DNA of 64,000 nucleotides from a virus. This document shows, in pieces, positions 52,076-60,065 of the stretch. A program made the translations under genes and the position numbers. Numbering within the stretch: position 1 is the stretch's first letter; each line of letters opens with the position of its first letter. The notes below the pieces were generated by a model. It made no database searches. It was not told the DNA's origin and worked only from the letters and a program-made list of their open reading frames with translations. The stretch spans positions 1-64,000 of IMG/VR virus record IMGVR_UViG_3300004886_000001; one strand, given 5' to 3'.

Positions 52076-52174
52076 ACATGGTTCGTGCTTGTTCCTACAT
52101 TCAATCGTACCGACCATAATCCGAGTTTCGCAAGCTCGGGTCGATTAAGGGCTGGCATCTGCTGGCCCTTTTTT
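52076..52174 (+). ncRNA. Candidate ~100-nt antisense small RNA
   Basis: Predicted TSS about 7 nt after the -10. Internal hairpin CGAC..CCGAG-N9-CTCGG..GTCG (52111..52143). Terminator AAGGGC-N12-GCCCTT plus TTTTTT (52147..52174). Opposite in strand to all neighbouring genes. Confidence 0.4.
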
Positions 52175-52250
52175 GTAAAGGTAGCACAACTTTTTGAATT
52201 GCGCTAACTTCTATATGACGTTATTTCAAGGTTCGTGCCGGGGTGACGTA

Positions 52251-52625
52251 TTAGGCACCACTGTAGATCAACGTAGGCTCTCTCGCTTCCTCATATCTCA
52301 TAAACCCAATAAAGTCGTCTTCTCTATCGCTCCACGGTTTCACGAATTCAAAGAACTGTTCAATTTCACTATCGTAGTTTTTTATATCGCCCTTTCCAAT
52401 CAAACTGTATCGGCCAGATGTTTTGTCCTTTCTAATTTCTCTTGCGCTTGTGTCGGGCGTGTAGTAACTGCCGCTATTGAACATATATGCCCATCTACGC
52501 GGTTTATCTTTCAGGCAGTCTGCATCAGGCTCCATGTCGCACATCGCTTTAAGTACATCTATAACTTCACTTGGCGTGTCTTGCTTCAATTCAATGCTCA
52601 CAAACATTTCTGTATACATGCCCAT
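52251..52625 (-). CDS. Hypothetical protein
   Basis: Start set at ATG 52625 (GAGGA 6 nt upstream); 124 aa. Confidence 0.6.
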   Translation of the reverse strand: MGMYTEMFVSIELKQDTPSEVIDVLKAMCDMEPDADCLKDKPRRWAYMFNSGSYYTPDTSAREIRKDKTSGRYSLIGKGDIKNYDSEIEQFFEFVKPWSDREDDFIGFMRYEEAREPTLIYSGA

Positions 52626-52773
52626 CAAAGATCCTCGTGGCGGCTCTGTTTCACCCATTACTATACCAGTAAGGAGAGAGGGTGGCTTTAGTTTCTGATT
52701 CCGTGGATCGGTGCTTTAGTGAGGTGACGTAAAACTCCGCGTACGGTGATATTGTTCTACAGTGTTATGTGTA

Positions 52774-53331
52774 CTAAGATCGCGCCCATTCTTGAACCCT
52801 GTCAAGCGTTGGCTGCCAATCTGATTGCCACATCCTGTGGTTACTGTCATCGTCCATCGCGCATACGCATAGAACAGTAATAGGTCTGCCGGTATCGGCC
52901 TCCCATTCGTCACACTCGGCGTGCAATGGCCCCTCGCACTCAGGACAGGCTGCTATTTCTTTCGGTATGTCGCAATGGCCGCCCGCATAAAGCAATCGTT
53001 TTAGCTTTAGCTCTTCAGTCTCTCTATTCACGTAGTGCCGCTTTTCTTTTGGGCACCACACATAACCCTCAGCAATCAAGTCTCTAACCTTCACGACAAG
53101 GCCGTTGTTGTCCCTGCATTCAATCGCCATAATCCAGGGTGTCTCTTGCGGGTAATTCCAGTGCAACCAATGACGTACAAAACCACTGTTGGAAAGCCTC
53201 GCCACATGGCGCTGCAAGGTATCCGCACACATAACAACGTCACTGCACGGGACATTAGCCGCGCTGTCTGAATCGTCTTTGTGTGTAGTGTTTTCGTTCA
53301 TTCGTTTTAAGTCCTCGTTGCTAATGCCCAT
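52774..53331 (-). CDS. Hypothetical Cys-rich protein
   Basis: Start set at ATG 53331 to avoid overlap with the upstream gene. CPECEGPLHAECDEW... Confidence 0.5.
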   Translation of the reverse strand: MGISNEDLKRMNENTTHKDDSDSAANVPCSDVVMCADTLQRHVARLSNSGFVRHWLHWNYPQETPWIMAIECRDNNGLVVKVRDLIAEGYVWCPKEKRHYVNRETEELKLKRLLYAGGHCDIPKEIAACPECEGPLHAECDEWEADTGRPITVLCVCAMDDDSNHRMWQSDWQPTLDRVQEWARS

Positions 53332-53341
53332 GAGTGCAAGG

Positions 53342-53542
53342 TTATACGTCTTGGTTGCTTTCAGGTTTTTCCTTCTTTTTCGGTTTGTGAGACCATGAAT
53401 AAGCGTTCTGGCAGATTGCAGCCACAAACAAGAACCAGCCCCAGTTGTGAAGATCCCCGCTGAGAACCAACAAGCCAGCAGTAATAACGCACACTATTGC
53501 AACTGCATTGTTGGCTAGTACAAACATGCTTCGTTCGTTCAT
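53342..53542 (-). CDS. Two-TM small membrane protein
   Basis: Start set at ATG 53542 (GGAG 6 nt upstream). MNERSMFVLANNAVAIVCVITAGLLVLSGDLHNWGWFLFVAAICQNAY... Confidence 0.5.
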   Translation of the reverse strand: MNERSMFVLANNAVAIVCVITAGLLVLSGDLHNWGWFLFVAAICQNAYSWSHKPKKKEKPESNQDV

Positions 53543-53652
53543 ATTCCGCTCCGTGGCTGACATCCCAGCCGTATAACAACGCCAATGCACCGGACGCGGT
53601 ACGCGCTGGCTGGTTCTTTTCGGCGCTACGTCCGCGCTCGGTGATTGCAAGG

Positions 53653-53907
53653 TTAGGCAGCAAGCTGTTTCTTCAACCCGTCGAGGCTAGCCATGATTTT
53701 CTTGCCAACTTTCAAAAAGCGCTCAGGGTCATTGCCTCCGTTATTATCGCAAAATATTTTAAACTCGCGGTAATTCCTGAATCCCATTTTTTTAGCAGTG
53801 AAGTCCAAGGCCTTTGAATGCTTAATCTGTCGGTTTCTTGCAATCAGCTTCGTGAGCTCCTTAAAGCCTCGCATGATATTGAAATCTTCAATCTTGATAT
53901 CACCCAT
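53653..53907 (-). CDS. Hypothetical basic protein downstream of repeat cassette A
   Basis: 84-aa ORF with GGAGACAG RBS. Confidence 0.6.
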   Translation of the reverse strand: MGDIKIEDFNIMRGFKELTKLIARNRQIKHSKALDFTAKKMGFRNYREFKIFCDNNGGNDPERFLKVGKKIMASLDGLKKQLAA

Positions 53908-53938
53908 AACTTCTGTCTCCGTAGTGCCGCTTTCAGCC

Positions 53939-54054
53939 TAACAACACGCTGTTGCCGACATTGGCGTAGCTAGCGATGTTGTTGGTTAGTTAATTTGTTA
54001 AACTCGTTTTCGTTTAAATTCCCGTTTGCCAATGCGACAAAGCTGGGGGTTATG
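53939..54054. repeat. 115-bp regulatory cassette, copy A
   Basis: About 89% identical to 54255..54369 (13 differences by hand alignment). Lies in the 5' region of 53653..53907. Confidence 0.85.
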
Positions 54055-54235
54055 AACCACCAGATTCAGACTTGGTGGCTTTGTAGCTGGCATAGCTCAA
54101 CTTGCCGTAAACAGCTTGCCAGTCAACTTCTTCATCTCCAGGTATTTCACCGTTGTTCTCTAAATGCTGCAACAGTCGCATAATAGAGAAAAGCTCTTTG
54201 CCGGTAAGATCTTCTTCAATTTGGTTGTTCTTCAT
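54050..54235 (-). CDS. Hypothetical acidic protein downstream of repeat cassette B
   Basis: Start set at ATG 54235 (MKNNQIEEDL...). The 40-aa N-terminal extension in the track is encoded by the repeat, which is non-coding in copy A. Confidence 0.5.
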   Translation of the reverse strand: MKNNQIEEDLTGKELFSIMRLLQHLENNGEIPGDEEVDWQAVYGKLSYASYKATKSESGGS

Positions 54236-54254
54236 GTAGACAGTTCTCGGTTCA

Positions 54255-54369
54255 TAACAACACGCTGTCGCCGACATTGGCGTAGCTATCGATGCTGTCG
54301 TTAAGTTAATTGTTAAACTCGGTTTCGTTAAAGTTCCCAGTTGCCAATGCGACAAAGCTGGGAGTTATG
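54255..54369. repeat. 115-bp regulatory cassette, copy B
   Basis: Direct repeat of 53939..54054. Confidence 0.85.
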
Positions 54370-54384
54370 TATCAGACGTAAACT

Positions 54385-54603
54385 TTATGCGGATTCCCCC
54401 GAGCCGTGACACGTCAAGCATCGCTGCTCATTGCTGGAATATCCAAAGCCACTACCATTGCAGGTTGAGCATATGCTTTGTGGCTCCCAGTCGCACGAAT
54501 CGCACCCCCACACACCATTGATGTTGCTTGTGATATTGCCCCCACACTCATCAGGGCACGGGTAAGATTCTTCATTGTCTTCTGATGTTGCATCGAATGT
54601 CAT
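54385..54603 (-). CDS. DnaJ-type CxxCxGxG zinc-finger mini-protein
   Basis: CSTCNGSG and CLTCHGSG plus CPDECGG and CDSCDW; 72 aa. Confidence 0.55.
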   Translation of the reverse strand: MTFDATSEDNEESYPCPDECGGNITSNINGVWGCDSCDWEPQSICSTCNGSGFGYSSNEQRCLTCHGSGESA

Positions 54604-54615
54604 AATTTCCCCGAA

Positions 54616-54762
54616 TCAACGACTCCAAATCACCCAAATCATGGCCGCTGGCCCAACTATTAAAGCCTCTGGTCTTTTGGGTGGCAAAAATATAAACAAC
54701 GCCGCAACAACTGCAATCACCGCTGCTGTGTAGAGTATTCGTTTATTGTATTCGTGAATCAT
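54616..54762 (-). CDS. 48-aa membrane micro-protein (below the ORF-track threshold)
   Basis: ATGA overlap with the upstream stop. MIHEYNKRILYTAAVIAVVAALFIFLPPKRPEALIVGPAAMIWVIWSR. Confidence 0.5.
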   Translation of the reverse strand: MIHEYNKRILYTAAVIAVVAALFIFLPPKRPEALIVGPAAMIWVIWSR

Positions 54763-55067
54763 AATTCTAAAATCCCTGTGTTATCACAAGCGCCGCAATG
54801 ATTCATCATGTCGCCTACCTCTGCAAAATCTTCTGGTGCCAGATAGCAATCAGGACATCTTTTAGCAACCTTCTTCCAGTCTCTGGTCACCAAATGCAAC
54901 ATTGATCCTTCAAGTCCAATTTTAAAAAATACCACCAGTATTGCCGACTCACCAATGGCGGTTAGTAATATTCTCTGTGGTCCATCGCCCTCATCACCTT
55001 GCAAGATGTCGCCTGCTTCCCATCCGTTCTGTCTGCAAAGGGCTGCTGGTGTTAGGTTGTCAGTCAT
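54759..55067 (-). CDS. Hypothetical protein with C-terminal CxxC...CxxC
   Basis: 102-aa ORF; CPDC...CGAC. Confidence 0.6.
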   Translation of the reverse strand: MTDNLTPAALCRQNGWEAGDILQGDEGDGPQRILLTAIGESAILVVFFKIGLEGSMLHLVTRDWKKVAKRCPDCYLAPEDFAEVGDMMNHCGACDNTGILEL

Positions 55068-55326
55068 TGTTCAATACCTTTAAAAGTCCACGCACACCGC
55101 GCCCCTGCTTTCTACTTTGCCTGAATATCCACTTACCAGTACCGGGCCAGAAATCAACCTCACCACCATTAACAATTAAGTGCGCTCCGCCGTTTTTAGA
55201 TTCAAACGGGATGCCTTTGTTTGTGAGTATGGCCGCGCTGCTTTCCCTGTTGTTTGCTCGGCGCTCTTGGCTTTGTTGCTTCATGGACTGGCCGAATTCT
55301 TTCCATGGTATTTGTTTTTCAGGCAT
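55060..55326 (-). CDS. Hypothetical basic protein
   Basis: 88 aa; NGGAHLIVNGGEVDFWPGTGKW. Confidence 0.6.
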   Translation of the reverse strand: MPEKQIPWKEFGQSMKQQSQERRANNRESSAAILTNKGIPFESKNGGAHLIVNGGEVDFWPGTGKWIFRQSRKQGRGVRGLLKVLNND

Positions 55327-55735
55327 TAGTAGCTTTCCTGATGGCTTTCCTTATACCTCTGGCGTCTTCCAGTGCGTTATGCGGCAATTCCGACTCAGCA
55401 TCAATCCGAACGATACTCATTGAAAGTGGCGGTGTTTGAATGCACTGACCAGGACTGGTGATAAGCGCCCTGCAAAACCTCTCTATATCTTCCGGCCAAT
55501 CAGCAATGATATTGATCGAATCAAATTGAGATAAGTATTTTTTTAGACTTTCCGTAAAAGTGTATTTGCTCACTGCAGAGCGATTAAGGACGGGGATAAC
55601 ATTTTCTGCAACCCCCTCGCAGGGGTTCTGACATTTGAGCACTTCGTAAAACTCTTGGTTGTTTTCTGAAACAAGAGCCATTGATATTAGATCGCCGCCA
55701 GTACCGTTCCATTCGCAGTCTATGTAGATGTTCAA
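55319..55735 (-). CDS. DEDDh-family 3'-5' exonuclease (DnaQ/RNase T-like)
   Basis: YIDCEWNG (DxE), ADWPEDI (D), HNALEDA (H-x4-D). Confidence 0.65.
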   Translation of the reverse strand: MNIYIDCEWNGTGGDLISMALVSENNQEFYEVLKCQNPCEGVAENVIPVLNRSAVSKYTFTESLKKYLSQFDSINIIADWPEDIERFCRALITSPGQCIQTPPLSMSIVRIDAESELPHNALEDARGIRKAIRKATNA

Positions 55736-56124
55736 GGCGCTACACCAGCCGCCTCGCGCCTTTCCTTCTCTGGCGGTATCTCCGGCTCCGGCTCTGGATT
55801 AATAATTTCCTCGATCCGAAGCAGCACGGCTGAATTCAGGTTCAATGTAAAGTTAATGCCTTTGTGGAACACACCTAGCACACGGTTTTTACCACTGGTC
55901 ATTTTGTCGTAGACGACCTCATATCGCACGGCATCATGCAATACCTCAACCAGCATTTCGCCGTTCATAAAGTTAAAGCTCTCTTTTGGCTCCGGCTCCA
56001 AATCCTCGGCAATGTCGATAAGTGTCGCAATGGACAAATCATGTTCTTTTGCAGTGTGTAGGACCGACAACACGTCACCGTGGATTATTGATCTTAAAAG
56101 CTGTGCATTCTCTTGCTTATTCAA
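55732..56124 (-). CDS. Hypothetical protein
   Basis: 130 aa, TTG start after GAGAGGAAG. Confidence 0.55.
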   Translation of the reverse strand: MNKQENAQLLRSIIHGDVLSVLHTAKEHDLSIATLIDIAEDLEPEPKESFNFMNGEMLVEVLHDAVRYEVVYDKMTSGKNRVLGVFHKGINFTLNLNSAVLLRIEEIINPEPEPEIPPEKERREAAGVAP

Positions 56125-56202
56125 AAAATTCTTCCTCTCTTGTGCAACACATTACCAACTGGAATTTACATTATTTTTCACTGCTGGTTAATTGAAATTT
56201 GT

Positions 56203-56224
56203 TCTATATCGAATAGCATATAGA
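56203..56224. promoter_or_regulatory. AT-rich palindrome TCTATAT-N8-ATATAGA
   Basis: Perfect 7-bp arms between the cro-like gene and the next gene. Confidence 0.5.
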
Positions 56225-56229
56225 CGTTA

Positions 56230-56508
56230 TTATGTCGTCCGTGATATAAAGGCTTGGAAGGCAGAATGCCGTTTGTTGTAGTAGCCGGGGTGCACGAATG
56301 ATGGCTTATATTTAGTCATGGCGATTAAATCCAGGTAGTACTTTTCTGGTATTTTTCCGTTGCGGCCCCAGCTAAAAACTGTATCTGTTGGAACCCGGAA
56401 TCGCTCACCAACTACTGCAGGACCACCAGCAGCCTTGATTACCTTCTTAACCCGCAGAATATTTTCTGCTTTTTGTTTTTTTTCCGACTCAGTTAACGGT
56501 CTGCCCAT
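56230..56508 (-). CDS. cro: Cro-like HTH regulator
   Basis: 92 aa, AGGPAVVGERFRVPTDTVFSWGRNGKIP. Divergent from the CI-like gene. Confidence 0.55.
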   Translation of the reverse strand: MGRPLTESEKKQKAENILRVKKVIKAAGGPAVVGERFRVPTDTVFSWGRNGKIPEKYYLDLIAMTKYKPSFVHPGYYNKRHSAFQAFISRTT

Positions 56509-56534
56509 CTCAAATCAATATGCTTTAGTAAAAC

Positions 56535-56547
56535 GGCATTATGACGT
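56535..56547. promoter_or_regulatory. Operator site GGCATTATGACGT (overlaps the -10 of the leftward promoter)
   Basis: Inverted copy at 57043..57055 (12/13). A related TGCATTATCAAC lies at 56557..56568. Confidence 0.6.
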
Positions 56548-56567
56548 GAAAAGGAATGCATTATCAA
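56538..56567 (-). promoter_or_regulatory. Leftward early promoter TTGATA-N18-CATAAT
   Basis: Read on the minus strand upstream of the cro-like gene. Confidence 0.5.
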
Positions 56568-56582
56568 CTGGAGATTTAAATT

Positions 56583-57020
56583 GTGGCTAAAAAATACGCA
56601 AAAGAACCTGATATCAGTAAACGCACAAAAGAGGAAATGCGCAAAACTCTGAATGACCTGATTGCACAAGAAGGGCTTGGACAGGCAGAAATAGCAGAGC
56701 TTTGTGGCTGGTACATAAGATCAACCGGCAAGCCAGACCAGGCTAAGGTCAGCTCATACACGACGGGCAAGAAATTCAGCTTTCCCGCGCTGATACACAT
56801 GCTGGACAAGGCGTTCGATATGACTCTGGTACAGTTTATCGCCAGTGCCAGCAATGATGTGTCACTGACCTTGGAGCAGACCGAGATTAACAAGATCATG
56901 GACGGGTTGAGCGATCAGCAAAATGCTGCACTACTCAGTACGGCAAAGTCGATGCAATCGCTGCACACTGAGAATCAGAAACTCAAAACTCGCGTGAAAA
57001 CTCTCCGCAAGAAAACTTAG
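56583..57020 (+). CDS. cI: CI-like repressor (XRE-type HTH)
   Basis: 145 aa, GLGQAEIAELCGW...KVSSYTTGK. GTG start. Flanked on both sides by the same operator sequence. Confidence 0.55.
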   Translation: MAKKYAKEPDISKRTKEEMRKTLNDLIAQEGLGQAEIAELCGWYIRSTGKPDQAKVSSYTTGKKFSFPALIHMLDKAFDMTLVQFIASASNDVSLTLEQTEINKIMDGLSDQQNAALLSTAKSMQSLHTENQKLKTRVKTLRKKT

Positions 57021-57022
57021 CA

Positions 57023-57052
57023 TTGCAAATAGGCGTTAATTGACGTCATAAT
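57023..57052 (+). promoter_or_regulatory. Rightward early promoter TTGCAA-N18-CATAAT
   Basis: Upstream of the ERF gene. The -10 is embedded in the operator ACGTCATAATACC. Confidence 0.5.
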
Positions 57053-57055
57053 ACC
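57043..57055. promoter_or_regulatory. Operator site ACGTCATAATACC
   Basis: Reverse complement matches 56535..56547 at 12 of 13 positions. Confidence 0.6.
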
Positions 57056-57085
57056 GGCTCACTTTCTACGTGGGTCCGGTTTGGT

Positions 57086-57694
57086 ATGGCTGATGATAAA
57101 GAAGAAGTAGCGGAATTAGATATAGATGCTGCAGTGTTCAATGCTCTTTTGAACATCGGCGCTCTGGAGAAAACCGGACACAACAATCACTTTGACACCA
57201 GCTATTCAACGATAGACGATATTCTTAATGCGAGCAGACCGTCATTCCGCGACCAAAAACTTATATTTGGTCAAGTTCTAAAATACAACGACGATCAAAC
57301 TAAAGCTCAACTGATCACGTTTGCCAGAAATATAAACAAAGAAACACACGAATTTGGTTGTGGGCCATGGTTCACACCCAGCGATAATTCACAGCAGTTC
57401 GGATCACAGTTAACGTACATGCGTCGACAGTGTTATCTGCTTGCCTTTAACTTAGGTGGTGAAGATGACGATGGGAACTCCGCGCCCACTGGCTCACCTG
57501 ATGAGCTAGTTGCTATTGCCCAGCAAGAAGAAATTAAAAAGCTGGTGGTTGATGCTGGCATGGATGTCGATAAGTGGAAAATCTACATGACCAAAACCGG
57601 CATGGCCGACCCTGAAGGACAGATTTACTCAAGCAAGTATGAAGCGGCGAAGGAAGCGACTCAGAATACTATTGATGCTAAGGCCAGTAGTTAG
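57086..57694 (+). CDS. erf: ERF-family single-strand annealing protein
   Basis: NHFDTSYSTIDDIL..., THEFGCGPW, QQFGSQLTYMRRQCYLLAFNLGGEDDDGN match the remembered ERF pattern. Confidence 0.65.
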   Translation: MADDKEEVAELDIDAAVFNALLNIGALEKTGHNNHFDTSYSTIDDILNASRPSFRDQKLIFGQVLKYNDDQTKAQLITFARNINKETHEFGCGPWFTPSDNSQQFGSQLTYMRRQCYLLAFNLGGEDDDGNSAPTGSPDELVAIAQQEEIKKLVVDAGMDVDKWKIYMTKTGMADPEGQIYSSKYEAAKEATQNTIDAKASS

Positions 57695-57700
57695 TCGTTA

Positions 57701-58348
57701 ATGATTATCCACGACCTACTAAACGGAACCGAGCTATCACCCAAACGGTTAGGGCTTCCCACTGCCAGTGCGGCATCTAAGCTGATTACTGGTGGTGGTG
57801 CTCCGAGTAAGTCAATGAGTCACTATGCTTATGCGCTCGCTATGGACATCGCTAATGGAAAAACCACAAATCGCTTTAAAGGCACTCCAGATACAGAGGA
57901 TGGTCATAAGTACGAACCGGTTGCTCGCAGTTGGTATTCGTTTTTTACTGGTAATACTTTAACGCCAGTCGGTTTCTGTACTGATGATGATGGTCTCTAT
58001 GGTTGCACACCTGATAACCTGATATATGACAATGGTTTAGCTCAGTACAAGGTGAGAATAAAAGCGCATCTCACCTACATGGACAAGATAGAAAGGGCAG
58101 GCTTCAGTATCTCCGATAAGCCACAACTGCAGTTTGAGTTGCTGGTTACCGGGCGTGAGTGGACCGACTTGGTTAACTACCACCCGAAACTTGAATCGTT
58201 TATCTGCCGACACTACCGAGATGAGCCGTATATTCAGACGCTCAAATCACAGATTGAAAAGTGTATTGAAAAGCGGGATGACTATTTAAAAACCAATAAA
58301 TACGCCGCCAAAGCTATCAATGCGAAGTATCGCAGTGTTGCTGCCTGA
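57701..58348 (+). CDS. YqaJ/lambda-Exo-like recombination exonuclease
   Basis: GHKYEPVARSWY...GCTPDNLIYDNGLAQYKVRIK (PD-(D/E)xK-like). Paired with ERF. Confidence 0.5.
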   Translation: MIIHDLLNGTELSPKRLGLPTASAASKLITGGGAPSKSMSHYAYALAMDIANGKTTNRFKGTPDTEDGHKYEPVARSWYSFFTGNTLTPVGFCTDDDGLYGCTPDNLIYDNGLAQYKVRIKAHLTYMDKIERAGFSISDKPQLQFELLVTGREWTDLVNYHPKLESFICRHYRDEPYIQTLKSQIEKCIEKRDDYLKTNKYAAKAINAKYRSVAA

Positions 58349-58350
58349 AG

Positions 58351-58581
58351 ATGAAATTTAAATATTGTCCAGATTGTGGCAACGAATGGATTTATGTTCC
58401 GAATTCTTTGGTTGCTGGCGAGTATTTTAGTTGCGTTCATTGTGACTCGCTTTACAAATTGTCTGTAACAAAGATAAATCCAGACGAAAATAAATCCGCG
58501 CCAATGAAGCGACTGGCGCTGATACTTCATGCCAGAACAAAAGTAACTTATGAAGAATTAAAATCGCTGGGCAAGTTATGA
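58351..58581 (+). CDS. Zinc-ribbon small protein
   Basis: CPDCGNEW...CVHCDSLY. Confidence 0.55.
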   Translation: MKFKYCPDCGNEWIYVPNSLVAGEYFSCVHCDSLYKLSVTKINPDENKSAPMKRLALILHARTKVTYEELKSLGKL

Positions 58582-58841
58582 GCAGTGAGTTAGACGAATT
58601 AAAACAAAAGCTCGATCAGATACACTCTGCTGTCGTGTCGCCTGATGCAAAAATGATGGATGTTAAAGACATCCAAATACACTTCAAATACAAATCTATC
58701 AAGTCAGCCCGGCGTTTGATTGCAGACCCCAGCTTTCCGCCTCCAATGCGTGAAGTTAAATATCAGGATGGTGATACAACGCGACTGGTGCAGCCCCGGT
58801 GGTTCTCTGATGAAGTCGAACAGTGGGCTCGCGGTCGCTAA
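58578..58841 (+). CDS. xis: Excisionase/AlpA-like DNA-binding protein
   Basis: 87 aa, MMDVKDIQIHFKYKSIKSARRLIADPSFPPP...RWFSDEVEQWA. Lies close to int. Confidence 0.45.
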   Translation: MSSELDELKQKLDQIHSAVVSPDAKMMDVKDIQIHFKYKSIKSARRLIADPSFPPPMREVKYQDGDTTRLVQPRWFSDEVEQWARGR

Positions 58842-59071
58842 TGAGCCGAAGAACCAAGGCACGAAAAAAAGCATGGGCAAAAGAACTGAAATTGAAGAAG
58901 TCAGTTGCCGACTACATGAATGCACGACGTGAGGGTTTAATCGCTGCCATCAACCATGCTGAAATTTCACAAGATGAACGAGATAAAATTATTGCATCCC
59001 TTGGTGCTCCACTTGAAGTTAACCATCTCGGAGAGTTTGTAGATAGTTTTGTTTGGGAGCAGACGAACTAA
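58841..59071 (+). CDS. Small basic protein
   Basis: Start set at ATG 58841 (TAATG coupling). Convergent with int. Confidence 0.5.
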   Translation: MSRRTKARKKAWAKELKLKKSVADYMNARREGLIAAINHAEISQDERDKIIASLGAPLEVNHLGEFVDSFVWEQTN

Positions 59072-60063
59072 AGACGCTCTGCCAGTTCTTCTGCGGTCGG
59101 ATTGTAGTAAACCATGGCCATCTTAACGTCACGCCAACCCATCACCGCGCATAGCTCCAGCACATCATACAGTTTGGCTTTTACCATACGGCTCGCTGCT
59201 TCGTGCCTGGAGTCGTGGAAATTTAATCCAGATATCCCTACCCTGCCGCGAGCGCGGCGAAATAGAGTGTCGACAGTCGCGGCTCTGACTTTAAATAGTC
59301 GGTCGCTTCTACCATCTGCCAAAAGCCGGTTTATTAGTCGAATCGCTTCTGGGTTGAGTGGTACATCTCTGGGATCGCCGTTTTTAGTATCTTCCAAGTG
59401 TACGAATTTACGGTCAATGTGTAGATTCTCGATTTTAACCGCGCAAATCTCACCGCAACGCATACCGGTCTCTATGGCCAGCAACCAAGCAATACCGACC
59501 TCCTGGGATAGCGTTTCTACCGGATCTGAATACGAATCAAGGTTTTTGCAGATCAGATCAATTTCAGCTTGTGTAATGCGTCTACGACGGGGTTTCCCGG
59601 CCTTTGGCTTGTCTACCAGCTCGATAGGGTTATGAGCCATCCAGCGCCATTTACGGGCATATCTGAGAGCCTGAGACAGATCGCCCATCTCTCGCTTAAT
59701 GCTGGAGTCTTTCATCCCCCGATCACGTTCGGATTGAATCCAGTCCTCAATGTCTTCGTGACCAATGGCAGCGAGCTTCAACCTGGCTATCGGATGGCGT
59801 TTCAGTTTTTTTATACGAATGGTGGTTTCGCGTTCGCTTTTTTTACCGGGTACCACTTCGTCAATGTATCGGTCGAGTGCATCAGCGACGGTTTTACCTG
59901 TTGGCTTGCCGCGCTTTTCAGCAATCAGAATCATCTCACGCTGGTATGAATTGGCCTCTCGCAGCGTATCGAATTGTTTGCTACCTAATCGCCTACCTTT
60001 GTAGATCGGCTCGGCTTTGTATTTTATGCCTGACTTGGTTTGCTTGCGGATCGGTTTGGGCAT
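59068..60063 (-). CDS. int: Tyrosine recombinase/integrase
   Basis: ETGMRCGEI (Arg), HDSRHEAASRM (H-x-x-R), GWRDVKMAMVYY (catalytic Tyr); 331 aa. Confidence 0.9.
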   Translation of the reverse strand: MPKPIRKQTKSGIKYKAEPIYKGRRLGSKQFDTLREANSYQREMILIAEKRGKPTGKTVADALDRYIDEVVPGKKSERETTIRIKKLKRHPIARLKLAAIGHEDIEDWIQSERDRGMKDSSIKREMGDLSQALRYARKWRWMAHNPIELVDKPKAGKPRRRRITQAEIDLICKNLDSYSDPVETLSQEVGIAWLLAIETGMRCGEICAVKIENLHIDRKFVHLEDTKNGDPRDVPLNPEAIRLINRLLADGRSDRLFKVRAATVDTLFRRARGRVGISGLNFHDSRHEAASRMVKAKLYDVLELCAVMGWRDVKMAMVYYNPTAEELAERL

Positions 60064-60065
60064 CT

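Noticed and set aside
52078-52119. A 13-codon plus-strand mini-ORF (MVRACSYIQSYRP) at the start of the sRNA candidate, as a possible leader peptide.
   Set aside because: It has no RBS and no downstream plus-strand gene to attenuate. The transcript is more simply a non-coding antisense RNA.
52716-53663. Alternative-frame ORFs 52716..52913, 53035..53271, 53189..53398 and 53361..53663.
   Set aside because: They overlap better-supported minus-strand genes out of frame or on the opposite strand, and they have an unconvincing composition.
54236-54355. The N-terminal 40 aa of track ORF 54050..54355.
   Set aside because: They are encoded entirely by repeat cassette B, whose twin (copy A) is non-coding upstream of another gene. 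The internal ATG at 54235 is preferred.
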